From: Candidatus Dormiibacterota bacterium
Lineage (GTDB): Bacteria > Chloroflexota > Dormibacteria > Aeolococcales > Aeolococcaceae
Length of the DNA stretch: 64,000 nt
Reading direction: 5' to 3'
Assembly (NCBI GenBank): GCA_963716365.1
Contig: OY970307.1
Span: 2,320,349-2,384,348, forward strand
Shown piece by piece: positions 46,801 to 55,191 of this stretch. Position numbers and translations under genes: made by a program. How positions within the stretch are numbered: the first letter of the stretch is position 1; each line of letters starts with the position of its first letter. Under the pieces are notes generated by a model that saw only the letters and a program-made list of their open reading frames with translations, had not been told where the DNA came from and ran no database searches.

Positions 46801-49440
46801 GTGGACAGGGCCACCGCCGCGTCCGAGGTTGACAGTCCGCTGATAGCCCCAGACCTCGCGCTCGATCGTCTGCACCTGATCGTGCCCGACGGCAGCGATG
46901 CCATGGTCGTCCTGGAAGCATGGGCGAATGGCGCGCAACCCGGCGCCGATCCGCGAACCGTCTTTGCCGACCGCATCGGTGAGGTCGGACACGTCTCCGT
47001 CTCATTCGGTGACGAGGATCCGCCGCAGTTGCGCCTCGACCTTCCCGACCTGGTGCTGCAATGCGTTGCCCAGCCGGGACCGGACGGCACCCGCGAGCAT
47101 CTCGGCCTGCGAGTCATCTCCATCCGGCCGACGGGAGGTCAGCCCGAGGGCGCAAAACTCCTGACGATCACCACCCGCGAACCGGTGGTCACCGAGGCAA
47201 ACGGCGTCGTCAGCGACACATTCCGGCTCCTGGACTGGCGCATCTCGACGCAGCACGCCGCCCGTTCCGAGCAGCTCTACGCCACCCTCAAGCTCGTCGA
47301 CAGCCTCGAGCGCGCGGAGAAGCAGCGCGCGCAGTCGCAGCGAACCCGCTTCAACGGCGCTCGCGAGTACTGGCGGTGCAAAGCGTGCCGCGCGCTCTGG
47401 CGTCCCGAAAGCCACGAGCGCTGCCCGTCCTGCGGCCGCGAGTTCACCGATGCCGATCGCAAATCACCCGAGGTCGGTAAGGTCGAGTTCCAGATCCCGA
47501 TCGGGGAGCCGATCAACCTGACACCCGATGCGGCGGTCCTCATCGAGCCCGACGACGAGACGAACTTCGTCGGCCGTGTCGCCCGCATCGACCACCAGCG
47601 TCACGTCGTCGAGATCGTGACGCGGACCTTCGAGCATTCCGGCAGCGAGGGCTACATCGCCCCATCGTTCAACAAGGCGCTCTACCAGGCGAAGCGCTCC
47701 GTGCTCGCCGCGATCGCCACCAAGGACTTCGGCGTGGGGCTGCTCGCGCAACTTCTCGTCAGCCCGGAAACCATCATTGCCCCCAAGGACGAATCGGACG
47801 CCGAGTCGTCGTGGCTCACGAGCGGCATGCGTCCGAACAAACCCCAGAACCGCGCGGTCGGTCTGCTCAGCAGGCTGAGCGCCGGTCAGGCGGTGTTCAT
47901 CCAGGGACCGCCGGGGACCGGCAAGACGACCGTCATCGTCGAGGCCGTCAAACGCCGCCTTGCCGCCAACCCCGACGAGCGCATCCTCGTGACGTCGCAC
48001 AGCAACCTGGCGGTCGACAACGCCCTCGAGCGCCTCGCCGGCACGCCCGGGATGCGCGCGGTTCGCGTTGCGCGCGCAGAGCGTGTGCATCCGGCGGTCG
48101 ACAAGTTCCGCTGCGACGACGAGGACGACCCGCGCCTGCTCGAGGCCAACTGCTACTTCGCCACGTGCGCCACGGCGGCCACGTCGGGCATCACTGACAT
48201 GAACTTCGACATCGTCATCCTCGACGAGGCCAACAAGGCGCGCGCCGATGAGGCGCTGCCGGCGCTGCGGCTCGGCCGCAGCCTCGCGCTCGTCGGTGAC
48301 CACAAGCAACTCCCACCAGTAGAAGACGACGCGCTTTACGGCATCGTCGAGATCGACCCGGCGCTCGAGGATCTCGTCAACCGCAGCCTTTTCGAGCAGT
48401 GCTGGGACGGCGGGCTGCCGGCCGAGGCACAATGCCTCCTCACCATCCAGCACCGCATGCACCCGGACATCGCCGCGTACGTCTCAGCGGCGTCGTACGA
48501 CAACCAGCTCGAGAACGCACCCGAGGTGGAGGCGTACGACTACATCACGCGCAAGCCGTTCCCCGTTGCGCTGCACTTCGTCGACACCGAGGGAATGCGC
48601 GGCGGCCGTGAGCGCCGCGGTCCCGGCGGCGCGCTGCGCAACGAGGCAGAGGTTCGCGTTGCTGCGCAGGTCGTCCGCCTGCTCGATGAGCGCGCGCCGC
48701 GCGAGCTGAGCATGGCAGTCATCGCGATGTACGCCGAGCAGGTCGAGCGCCTTCGGCAGGCACTCGGCCGCCGCAAGTTCAAGCGCACCGTCAAGATCGA
48801 CACCGTCAACTCGTTCGAAGGCCGCGAGGAGGACATCGTCGTCATCTCCCTGGTGCGCTCCAACGAACGTGGGCGCATCGGTTTCCTGCGCGTCCCGAAC
48901 CGTCTCAACGTCGCCATCTCGCGCGCCAAGCGCCTCGTGGCGTGCATCGGCGACAGCGCAACGCTGCGCAGCGGCGATGAGTTGATGTACGGCGCCCTGG
49001 TCGAGGCGTCGCGGTCGACAGGTGGCTGGCTCAGCGCGCTCGAGCTCGTCTCGCAGCCCAAGCCGAACCGCGGTCAACCCCGTCAGCAGCAGGACGGCGG
49101 CGCCACCGTCGAGTCAGGCGATGGCACCGATCCGGAGCGGGCTGCAAAGCGCCGTCGCCGCCGCCGTCGTGGACGCAGAGGCGCAGCGCAGCCGGTGGTC
49201 GCATCGGCCGATGGCAGCACGCCGGCAGTCGCCGCGCCAACCTCTGGCGAGGCGCAGCCGCAGGACGCAACGCAACGCAAACGCCGTCGCCGGCGTCGCC
49301 GTGGACGCGGGCGTGGTGCGGGCGCCGGACAGCCCACCGCGGAAGGTTCGCCGAACGGTCCGGACGGGCAGGCAGCCCCTCCCGGCGAGTCGCAGCCGTA
49401 CGTGGCACCGGCCACCGCCGGTGACGTACCGGAGGCCTGA
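46801..49440 (+). CDS. Superfamily I (Upf1/DNA2-like, AAA_11/AAA_12) helicase with an N-terminal Zn-ribbon domain and an Arg-rich C-terminal tail; the start is uncertain (GTG 46801, or ATG 46903)
   Basis: Zn ribbon WRCKACRALW...CPSCGREF, Walker A GPPGTGKTT, motifs LDEANKA and VGDHKQLPPV, and the C-terminal FEGREEDIVVISLVRSN...RLNVAISRAKRL. The first roughly 90 codons of the ORF-track frame overlap the divergent gene and are rejected. Confidence 0.7.
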   Translation: MDRATAASEVDSPLIAPDLALDRLHLIVPDGSDAMVVLEAWANGAQPGADPRTVFADRIGEVGHVSVSFGDEDPPQLRLDLPDLVLQCVAQPGPDGTREHLGLRVISIRPTGGQPEGAKLLTITTREPVVTEANGVVSDTFRLLDWRISTQHAARSEQLYATLKLVDSLERAEKQRAQSQRTRFNGAREYWRCKACRALWRPESHERCPSCGREFTDADRKSPEVGKVEFQIPIGEPINLTPDAAVLIEPDDETNFVGRVARIDHQRHVVEIVTRTFEHSGSEGYIAPSFNKALYQAKRSVLAAIATKDFGVGLLAQLLVSPETIIAPKDESDAESSWLTSGMRPNKPQNRAVGLLSRLSAGQAVFIQGPPGTGKTTVIVEAVKRRLAANPDERILVTSHSNLAVDNALERLAGTPGMRAVRVARAERVHPAVDKFRCDDEDDPRLLEANCYFATCATAATSGITDMNFDIVILDEANKARADEALPALRLGRSLALVGDHKQLPPVEDDALYGIVEIDPALEDLVNRSLFEQCWDGGLPAEAQCLLTIQHRMHPDIAAYVSAASYDNQLENAPEVEAYDYITRKPFPVALHFVDTEGMRGGRERRGPGGALRNEAEVRVAAQVVRLLDERAPRELSMAVIAMYAEQVERLRQALGRRKFKRTVKIDTVNSFEGREEDIVVISLVRSNERGRIGFLRVPNRLNVAISRAKRLVACIGDSATLRSGDELMYGALVEASRSTGGWLSALELVSQPKPNRGQPRQQQDGGATVESGDGTDPERAAKRRRRRRRGRRGAAQPVVASADGSTPAVAAPTSGEAQPQDATQRKRRRRRRRGRGRGAGAGQPTAEGSPNGPDGQAAPPGESQPYVAPATAGDVPEA

Positions 49441-49445
49441 ACCGC

Positions 49446-50042
49446 GTGAGCGACGCAGTTACCGTCTTCTTCCGTCCCGGCGATCCCGCGTCGGAGGCGA
49501 CGCTCCGCTACCTCGATCAGCGCGGCATCGCGTACACCAAACGCGACGTGCTCAGCGACCCGTCTGCAACAGCCATCCTGTTCGGTCGCCTGGGCAAGGT
49601 GGTGGTGCCGGTCGTCCAGGTGGGCGATCGTCTGCTCGTCGGCCACGACCCCGTGCAGCTGGCGCGCTTCCTGCCGCGCCCCGAGTCCGAGGAGCAGCAC
49701 GTCGCCTTTGGAGCATCGGTCAGGACCGTCACCGCCGAGATCGCGTTGGAGAAGGGCCTCCCGTCCACGTACGGCGTCGAGGTCGGGCAGGTCAAGCCGG
49801 GCTCTCCGGCCGAAGCGGCGACCATCCACCCGGGCGACGTGATCACCGGGATCGGTCCGTACACGGTCAACGGCGGCGCCGATCAGTTCCGCCGCGCTGT
49901 GTCACTCCGTCAGCCGGGCGACACCATGATGCTCACCATCTGGCGCTCCGGCGAGGCCTTCGAGGTGGCGGTCGCGTTCCCGAACGAGGTACCCGCGGAG
50001 ATCGCAACCGAAGGCGCCCCCAAGGACGAGCCGCCAGTCTGA
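49446..50042 (+). CDS. Glutaredoxin/NrdH-like domain fused to a PDZ domain
   Basis: The N-terminal Grx-like fold (VTVFFRPGDPASEATLRYLDQRGIAYTKRDV) lacks a CxxC active site. The PDZ-like C-terminus reads GVEVGQVKPGSPAEAATIHPGDVITGIG. Confidence 0.5.
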   Translation: MSDAVTVFFRPGDPASEATLRYLDQRGIAYTKRDVLSDPSATAILFGRLGKVVVPVVQVGDRLLVGHDPVQLARFLPRPESEEQHVAFGASVRTVTAEIALEKGLPSTYGVEVGQVKPGSPAEAATIHPGDVITGIGPYTVNGGADQFRRAVSLRQPGDTMMLTIWRSGEAFEVAVAFPNEVPAEIATEGAPKDEPPV

Positions 50043-50089
50043 TCCGGACAGCGGCTCACACACGCGCAGCAGCGCGCGTTTGATATGCA

Positions 50090-50572
50090 GTGAGCACGGT
50101 GAGACCGACCCAACTCCCCCCGTTCCAGCATGTCTTTGACGACCACTCCGGCGCCGTCCTCTCGTTCCTCCGGGGAGCCATCGGGCCGTCCGAGGCGGAG
50201 GACTGCTTCCAGGAGACGATGCTCAGCGCGCTTCGCGCCTATCCCCGTCTCGGCGACGCCTCGAACCTGCGCGGCTGGCTGTTCACGATCGCTCGCCGCA
50301 AGGTGATCGACGCCCGGCGCGCGATGGCCCGGAGGCCGACACCGATTGCCGACCCCGACCCGGGGGCGGCACCCATCGCGGAATCCGACATCGACGAAGG
50401 ACTCTGGGACGACGTGCGCCGATTGCCGGGAAAGCAGCGCCGCGCCGTGGTCCTCCGGTTCGCCGGCGATCGCAGCTATCCGGAGATCGCGGAGGCGATG
50501 TCGACCACCCAGGACTCGGCGCGTCAGAGCGTCCACGAGGGCCTGAAGAAGCTCAGGAGGGATCGCACATGA
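50090..50572 (+). CDS. ECF-type sigma-70 family factor
   Basis: Region 2 (FQETMLSALRAYPRLGDASNLRGWLFTIARRKVIDARR) and region 4 (RRAVVLRFAGDRSYPEIAEAM). GTG start. Confidence 0.7.
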   Translation: MSTVRPTQLPPFQHVFDDHSGAVLSFLRGAIGPSEAEDCFQETMLSALRAYPRLGDASNLRGWLFTIARRKVIDARRAMARRPTPIADPDPGAAPIAESDIDEGLWDDVRRLPGKQRRAVVLRFAGDRSYPEIAEAMSTTQDSARQSVHEGLKKLRRDRT

Positions 50573-51141
50573 CCGTCAACGAAGCGACTGTCGACCAGGC
50601 ACTGGCATCCCGATTCGTCGATCGCGCGGAAGCGAGTGGGCTCATCGACGTGGCAGTCACGACCATGGACAGCCCGATTGGGACGCTGCTGCTGATGGCC
50701 ACCCGCCGCGGTCTTGTCCGGGTCGCGTTCGAGAGCGAGAACCGTGACGAGGTCCTCGGAGAAGTTGCCACCAACCTCTCGCCGCGGATCCTCGAGGCGC
50801 CACGCCGCCTCGATAAGGTGCGGCGTGAGCTCGACAGCTACTTCAGCGGTCGCCTCCACGACTTCGACCTCGACCTCGATTGGTCGCTGGTGGGGCCGTT
50901 CGCCCAGCGTGTGCTTCGCCGGACAGCCCGCATCCCGTACGGGTCGGTGGCCAGCTACGGTGACGTCGCGCACGAGATCGGCTCGCCGCGCGCGGCGAGA
51001 GCCGTCGGCAATGCGCTCGGCTCGAACCCGATTCCCGTCGTCGTGCCGTGCCACCGCGTGGTGCGCACCGGCGGCAACATCGGAGGCTACGGCGGCGGAC
51101 TCCCGCGCAAGCGCTGGTTGCTGGACCTCGAGACGAGCTGA
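50569..51141 (+). CDS. ogt: Methylated-DNA-protein-cysteine methyltransferase (Ogt/MGMT), overlapping the sigma-factor stop
   Basis: IPYGSVASYGDVAHEIGSPRAARAVGNALGSNPIPVVVPCHRVV includes the PCHRV active site. Confidence 0.8.
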   Translation: MTVNEATVDQALASRFVDRAEASGLIDVAVTTMDSPIGTLLLMATRRGLVRVAFESENRDEVLGEVATNLSPRILEAPRRLDKVRRELDSYFSGRLHDFDLDLDWSLVGPFAQRVLRRTARIPYGSVASYGDVAHEIGSPRAARAVGNALGSNPIPVVVPCHRVVRTGGNIGGYGGGLPRKRWLLDLETS

Positions 51142-51151
51142 AGTCGGCCGG

Positions 51152-51403
51152 CTACCAGCCGGGCGGCGGCTCACTCCGGTTGAGCAGGCGAACGAAATCC
51201 TCGGCACGCGCAACCGCCTCCCATCGCCGCGAGAAGAAGTCCTGCGTGATCATCCGGTTGTCGGCGATCGAGGTCACCGTGACCGCCCATTGATTGAGGG
51301 CTCGAGAGACCTCAACCTCGTGGGTGCCGCCTTCATTGCGCATGACCACACCGCTTGCGGCCGGCCGGCGTCCACGGTCGTTGCGTCGAGAGGACGCCAT
51401 AGC
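51152..51403 (-). CDS. Small hypothetical protein
   Basis: The internal start MAMASSRR... gives an 84-aa product. Confidence 0.25.
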   Translation of the reverse strand, partial: AMASSRRNDRGRRPAASGVVMRNEGGTHEVEVSRALNQWAVTVTSIADNRMITQDFFSRRWEAVARAEDFVRLLNRSEPPPGW

Positions 51404-51478
51404 CATCGTGAACACCTCCAATACAAATCCGCCCGGCAGAGCCGGTTCGCCCCGACCATTGTCCCCCAAACGGGTGCC

Positions 51479-52474
51479 TCAAAGCGAGAGGGTGAGCTGG
51501 CTCCCGCCGTCCTTCTTTTCCCCTCCCCCGACGGTCGCCGGGGGAGGAGTCGGAATTGGTGTCGACGTCTCCACCCACTCGGGAACAGCTCCGTCCCGCT
51601 CACGGAGCGTCTCGATCACGGGCTGAGGTGGGCGCGGCAGTCCGACCCCGAGCATCGCCCCGAAGTCGAACGCGTTGACGACTGCGTAGTTGCTCTTGTT
51701 GTTGTTCAGCAGGACGTGGACGGGCACTCCGTCGTCGCTGGCGGCGCGGATTGCCGGGATCCACTCTGCAAGCTCCGCGGGGGTGTACAGGTAGTTGAAG
51801 CGATCTCCGCTCGTCGGGCCGCCCGAATACCACGTCTGGCGATTGCGCCCGTGGAACCGCGTGATGCAGAGGCGGCGCGACGTGATCGCAAGCAGCGGCG
51901 GCGCCGTTGCGCTCCCGATCTGCGGGGCGTCAACGCCGACGTAGACGCAGTCGAGCTCGCGCAGCAGGTCCTCGGTTGCCGGCCAAGCGTCGCCGTCGAA
52001 CCAGGATCGATGCCGGAACTCGATGGCGAGGAGGTCGTCGGGATGGCGGTCGCGCGCAGCCAGCAGCCAGTCGCGCGCCTCGGGACGGTTGGTGAACCAG
52101 GGCGGGAACTGGTAATGGACGGCGACGAGCTTGCCACTGGCGCGGAGCGGCGCCAGCGCGGCCATGAAGTCGCGCTCCTCATCCTGCGTCGGCTGCCGGG
52201 GACGCCCATCCTCGCGTTCGTGCCCGGTGAGGCTGCGGTACGCCTTGATGTTGAAGCGGAACTGCTCCGGGGTTCGCTCGACCCAGGCCTCGACAATAGG
52301 CGGACGCGGGATCCCGTAGAACGTCGTGTCGACCTCGACGATCGGGAAGTACTGCGCGTAGAAGGACAGCTTCTCTCGTTGCCGTCGCCCACGCTCCAGC
52401 TCCGGTGGATAGAAGTCGGTGTGGTCGGCCCAGTTGCAGGTGCCGACAGCGATGGGCGCGCCCAATTTGAACAA
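51479..52474 (-). CDS. DUF72-family protein (YecE-like)
   Basis: GTCNWADHTDFYPPEL, YAQYFPIVEVDTTFYG and LVAVHYQFPPWF. Confidence 0.75.
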   Translation of the reverse strand: MFKLGAPIAVGTCNWADHTDFYPPELERGRRQREKLSFYAQYFPIVEVDTTFYGIPRPPIVEAWVERTPEQFRFNIKAYRSLTGHEREDGRPRQPTQDEERDFMAALAPLRASGKLVAVHYQFPPWFTNRPEARDWLLAARDRHPDDLLAIEFRHRSWFDGDAWPATEDLLRELDCVYVGVDAPQIGSATAPPLLAITSRRLCITRFHGRNRQTWYSGGPTSGDRFNYLYTPAELAEWIPAIRAASDDGVPVHVLLNNNKSNYAVVNAFDFGAMLGVGLPRPPQPVIETLRERDGAVPEWVETSTPIPTPPPATVGGGEKKDGGSQLTLSL

Positions 52475-52505
52475 ACAGTAACGAAGCCGTCACCGAAGCT
52501 GGCGA

Positions 52506-55181
52506 TTGCATCGGATCAACTCGCCATACGATCGCGGCGGTGCAGATCAAGGCGGAGATTTCAACGACGCGATGACGCCACTGGTGCATCGCCTTCGGGC
52601 TGCGTTCAGCCGGCGGACACGTGTCGATCCGCGATTGTGGATTTTTGGCGCGCTGATGCTCGCTGCCGGCACAGCGCTGTGGATCGGCTATGACGCCGGT
52701 CTCCACGTGTTCCAGTCGCCAGGTCTGCCCTGGTGGGCATACGCGGTGGCCTTCTTCCTCGCCGCCCGCCTGGCCGCGATGGATAGCCCGAGGCGCGGCA
52801 CGCAGGCGATCACGATGGCAGCCGCGCCCTTTGTCGTCGGGCTCTTCCATGCAACCCCGTCCGATCTCCTGCTCGGCTACGTGGTCGGAACGGGCCTTTC
52901 GTCAGCGATGCGGAGGCCGTTCGGTCTCTGGCAGACCGCCTTCGATCTCGTCCGATTCGTCGTGTTCGCCTCGATCGGGATCTGGGTCTTCCGGCTGGTT
53001 GCGGGAAGCCCGAGCCTCCCCGTCTGGCACAGCGCGCTCGCCGCCATCGCGGCGACGTTCATCACAGTGCTGCGGCGCGGCATCTCCGATGCGATTCTGC
53101 TTCGCCCCCGCGATCGCCACTCATGGGTTGCGGTCGGTTACCACCTCGGCTCGGCGTACGTCGCCGCCGTCACCTCGATGTGCATCGAACTCATCGCCGT
53201 CCGGCTCATCCCTGTCGACCGCCCGGCACTCGTTCCGCTGACGGTCGTGACCATCGCGGTGCTCATGACCCACCGGGCGTGGGTGCGCGAGCGCTACGAC
53301 CACGAGGCGGCCGAGTTCCTCATCGGAGCCGTCGACGCCCTGGCCGGACGCGACCTGGAGCCGTCGATCGTGCTGTTGCTCAACCGCGCCCGGGCGATCT
53401 TTCATGCAGAGATCGCGCAGCTCACCGTCTTCCCCTCGCAACCCAACGAAAAGGCGTTTCGCACCACGGTGCGCAGGGGATTCCCGGACGAGGTGATGGT
53501 GCCACTCGGGCTTGGTGAGCTCGACGATGTGCTCGAAGCCGAGACCGCCGGCGTGATCGTTCGCGTCGGAGCGGCCGACGATCCGAGCGCACAGATGCTC
53601 GAGCGACGGGGCGTTCGCGAGGCGATGGTCGCGTTGCTCCGCGGCGAGTCGCGAATGATCGGCAGCCTCATGGTCGGCGGCCACCTCGACGCACGCGACT
53701 ACGACCAGCGCGACCTCAAGCTGTTCCGGACGCTCGCGACGCGCACCACGGTGATCCTCGAGAACAGCCGCATGGAGCGCTCGATCGCCCGGCTGACGGA
53801 GCTGCAGGAGCAGCTCACGCACCAGGCGTATCACGACTCGCTCACCGACCTCGCGAACCGGACGCTGTTCGGACAGCACATCGACCTGGCCTTGACGCGC
53901 AGCGCAGAGGGCAGCTCGAGCGTCGCGGTCATCTTCCTCGACATCGACGACTTCAAGGGCATCAACGACACACTCGGGCACGCCGCAGGCGATGCGCTGC
54001 TCGTCGAGGTCGCCGCGCGAATCCGCTCCTGCCTGCGCCGGCCCGACACAGCCGCGCGCCTCGGTGGCGACGAGTTCGCCGTCCTGATCGAGGGCGTCGA
54101 CAGCGTCGTCGAAGCAGAGCATGTCGCGCGCCGCGTGCTCGAGACGTTGCGCCGTCCGTTCGTGGTGATCGGCAACACGATCAGCGTCCGCGCTTCCCTC
54201 GGCATCGCTGTTGCGGACAATGTTGCCGATAACGCGACCAGTCTCATGCGCCATGCCGACGTTGCGATGTATGCCGCAAAGGGTTCGGGACGCGACCGCT
54301 ACGTCCTCTTCGCGCCGGGCATGGAGAGCGACGTCGTGCATCGGCGGCAGCTGCGTGGCGAGCTCGAGCGTGCGATGGAGGAGGAGCAGTTCATCCTCCA
54401 CTACCAGCCTGTTGTCAACCTCATCACCGGCGAGATCTCCGCAGTGGAGGCGCTCGTACGCTGGCGTCATCCCACGCGCGGCATCGTTGCTCCGGGCGAG
54501 TTCATCCACGTCGCCGAGGAGAGCCGTCTCATCCTGCCGCTCGGCGCCTTCGTGCTGCGCACGGCCTGCGCGACCGCACTCCGGCTGCAGCGGGAATGCC
54601 CGCAGGAGCCGCCGCTGTCTGTGTGCGTGAACGTGTCGGTGATCCAGCTCAACAGCACGACGTTCGTCCAGGACGTGCTGCGCACCGTCACGGAGGTCGG
54701 GCTGCCCCCCGAGACGCTCATCCTGGAGCTCACCGAGTCGATGCTGCTCGAGGACACCGCGATGGTCTCGGCGAAGCTCGAGGCGCTGCGTCGCAAGGGC
54801 ATTCGCATCGCGATCGATGACTTCGGCACCGGGTACTCGTCATTGAGCTACCTGCGACGTCTGCCCGTCGACATCCTGAAGATCGCCAAGCCGTTCGTCG
54901 ACGATCTCGGCAGCGGCGCCGACGAGGATTTCACCCGAGCCATCGTGAGCCTCGCCGAGGCGCTGCAGGTGCAGGTCGTCGCGGAAGGCATCGAGGCGGC
55001 GTCGCAGGTGACGCGGTTGCTGCAGCTGGGCTGCCTCTCGGGTCAGGGATTTCATCTCTGCCACCCGCTCCCGGAAGGCGAGATCGAGCAGCTCCTTCGC
55101 CATGGCGGTGTCGACCGCAGGCGACTCAAAGCCGAGTCGGTCTCCGCTGACAACGTCGTTCCGCTCCGGTTGAGCCGCTGA
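52506..55181 (+). CDS. Membrane sensor protein: polytopic N-terminal domain, GAF, GGDEF and EAL
   Basis: About seven TM helices, a GAF region, the GGDEF motif with RxxD, and an EAL domain (EALVRW, DDFGTGYSSL). Confidence 0.85.
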   Translation: MHRINSPYDRGGADQGGDFNDAMTPLVHRLRAAFSRRTRVDPRLWIFGALMLAAGTALWIGYDAGLHVFQSPGLPWWAYAVAFFLAARLAAMDSPRRGTQAITMAAAPFVVGLFHATPSDLLLGYVVGTGLSSAMRRPFGLWQTAFDLVRFVVFASIGIWVFRLVAGSPSLPVWHSALAAIAATFITVLRRGISDAILLRPRDRHSWVAVGYHLGSAYVAAVTSMCIELIAVRLIPVDRPALVPLTVVTIAVLMTHRAWVRERYDHEAAEFLIGAVDALAGRDLEPSIVLLLNRARAIFHAEIAQLTVFPSQPNEKAFRTTVRRGFPDEVMVPLGLGELDDVLEAETAGVIVRVGAADDPSAQMLERRGVREAMVALLRGESRMIGSLMVGGHLDARDYDQRDLKLFRTLATRTTVILENSRMERSIARLTELQEQLTHQAYHDSLTDLANRTLFGQHIDLALTRSAEGSSSVAVIFLDIDDFKGINDTLGHAAGDALLVEVAARIRSCLRRPDTAARLGGDEFAVLIEGVDSVVEAEHVARRVLETLRRPFVVIGNTISVRASLGIAVADNVADNATSLMRHADVAMYAAKGSGRDRYVLFAPGMESDVVHRRQLRGELERAMEEEQFILHYQPVVNLITGEISAVEALVRWRHPTRGIVAPGEFIHVAEESRLILPLGAFVLRTACATALRLQRECPQEPPLSVCVNVSVIQLNSTTFVQDVLRTVTEVGLPPETLILELTESMLLEDTAMVSAKLEALRRKGIRIAIDDFGTGYSSLSYLRRLPVDILKIAKPFVDDLGSGADEDFTRAIVSLAEALQVQVVAEGIEAASQVTRLLQLGCLSGQGFHLCHPLPEGEIEQLLRHGGVDRRRLKAESVSADNVVPLRLSR

Positions 55182-55191
55182 TGGGCAACTG

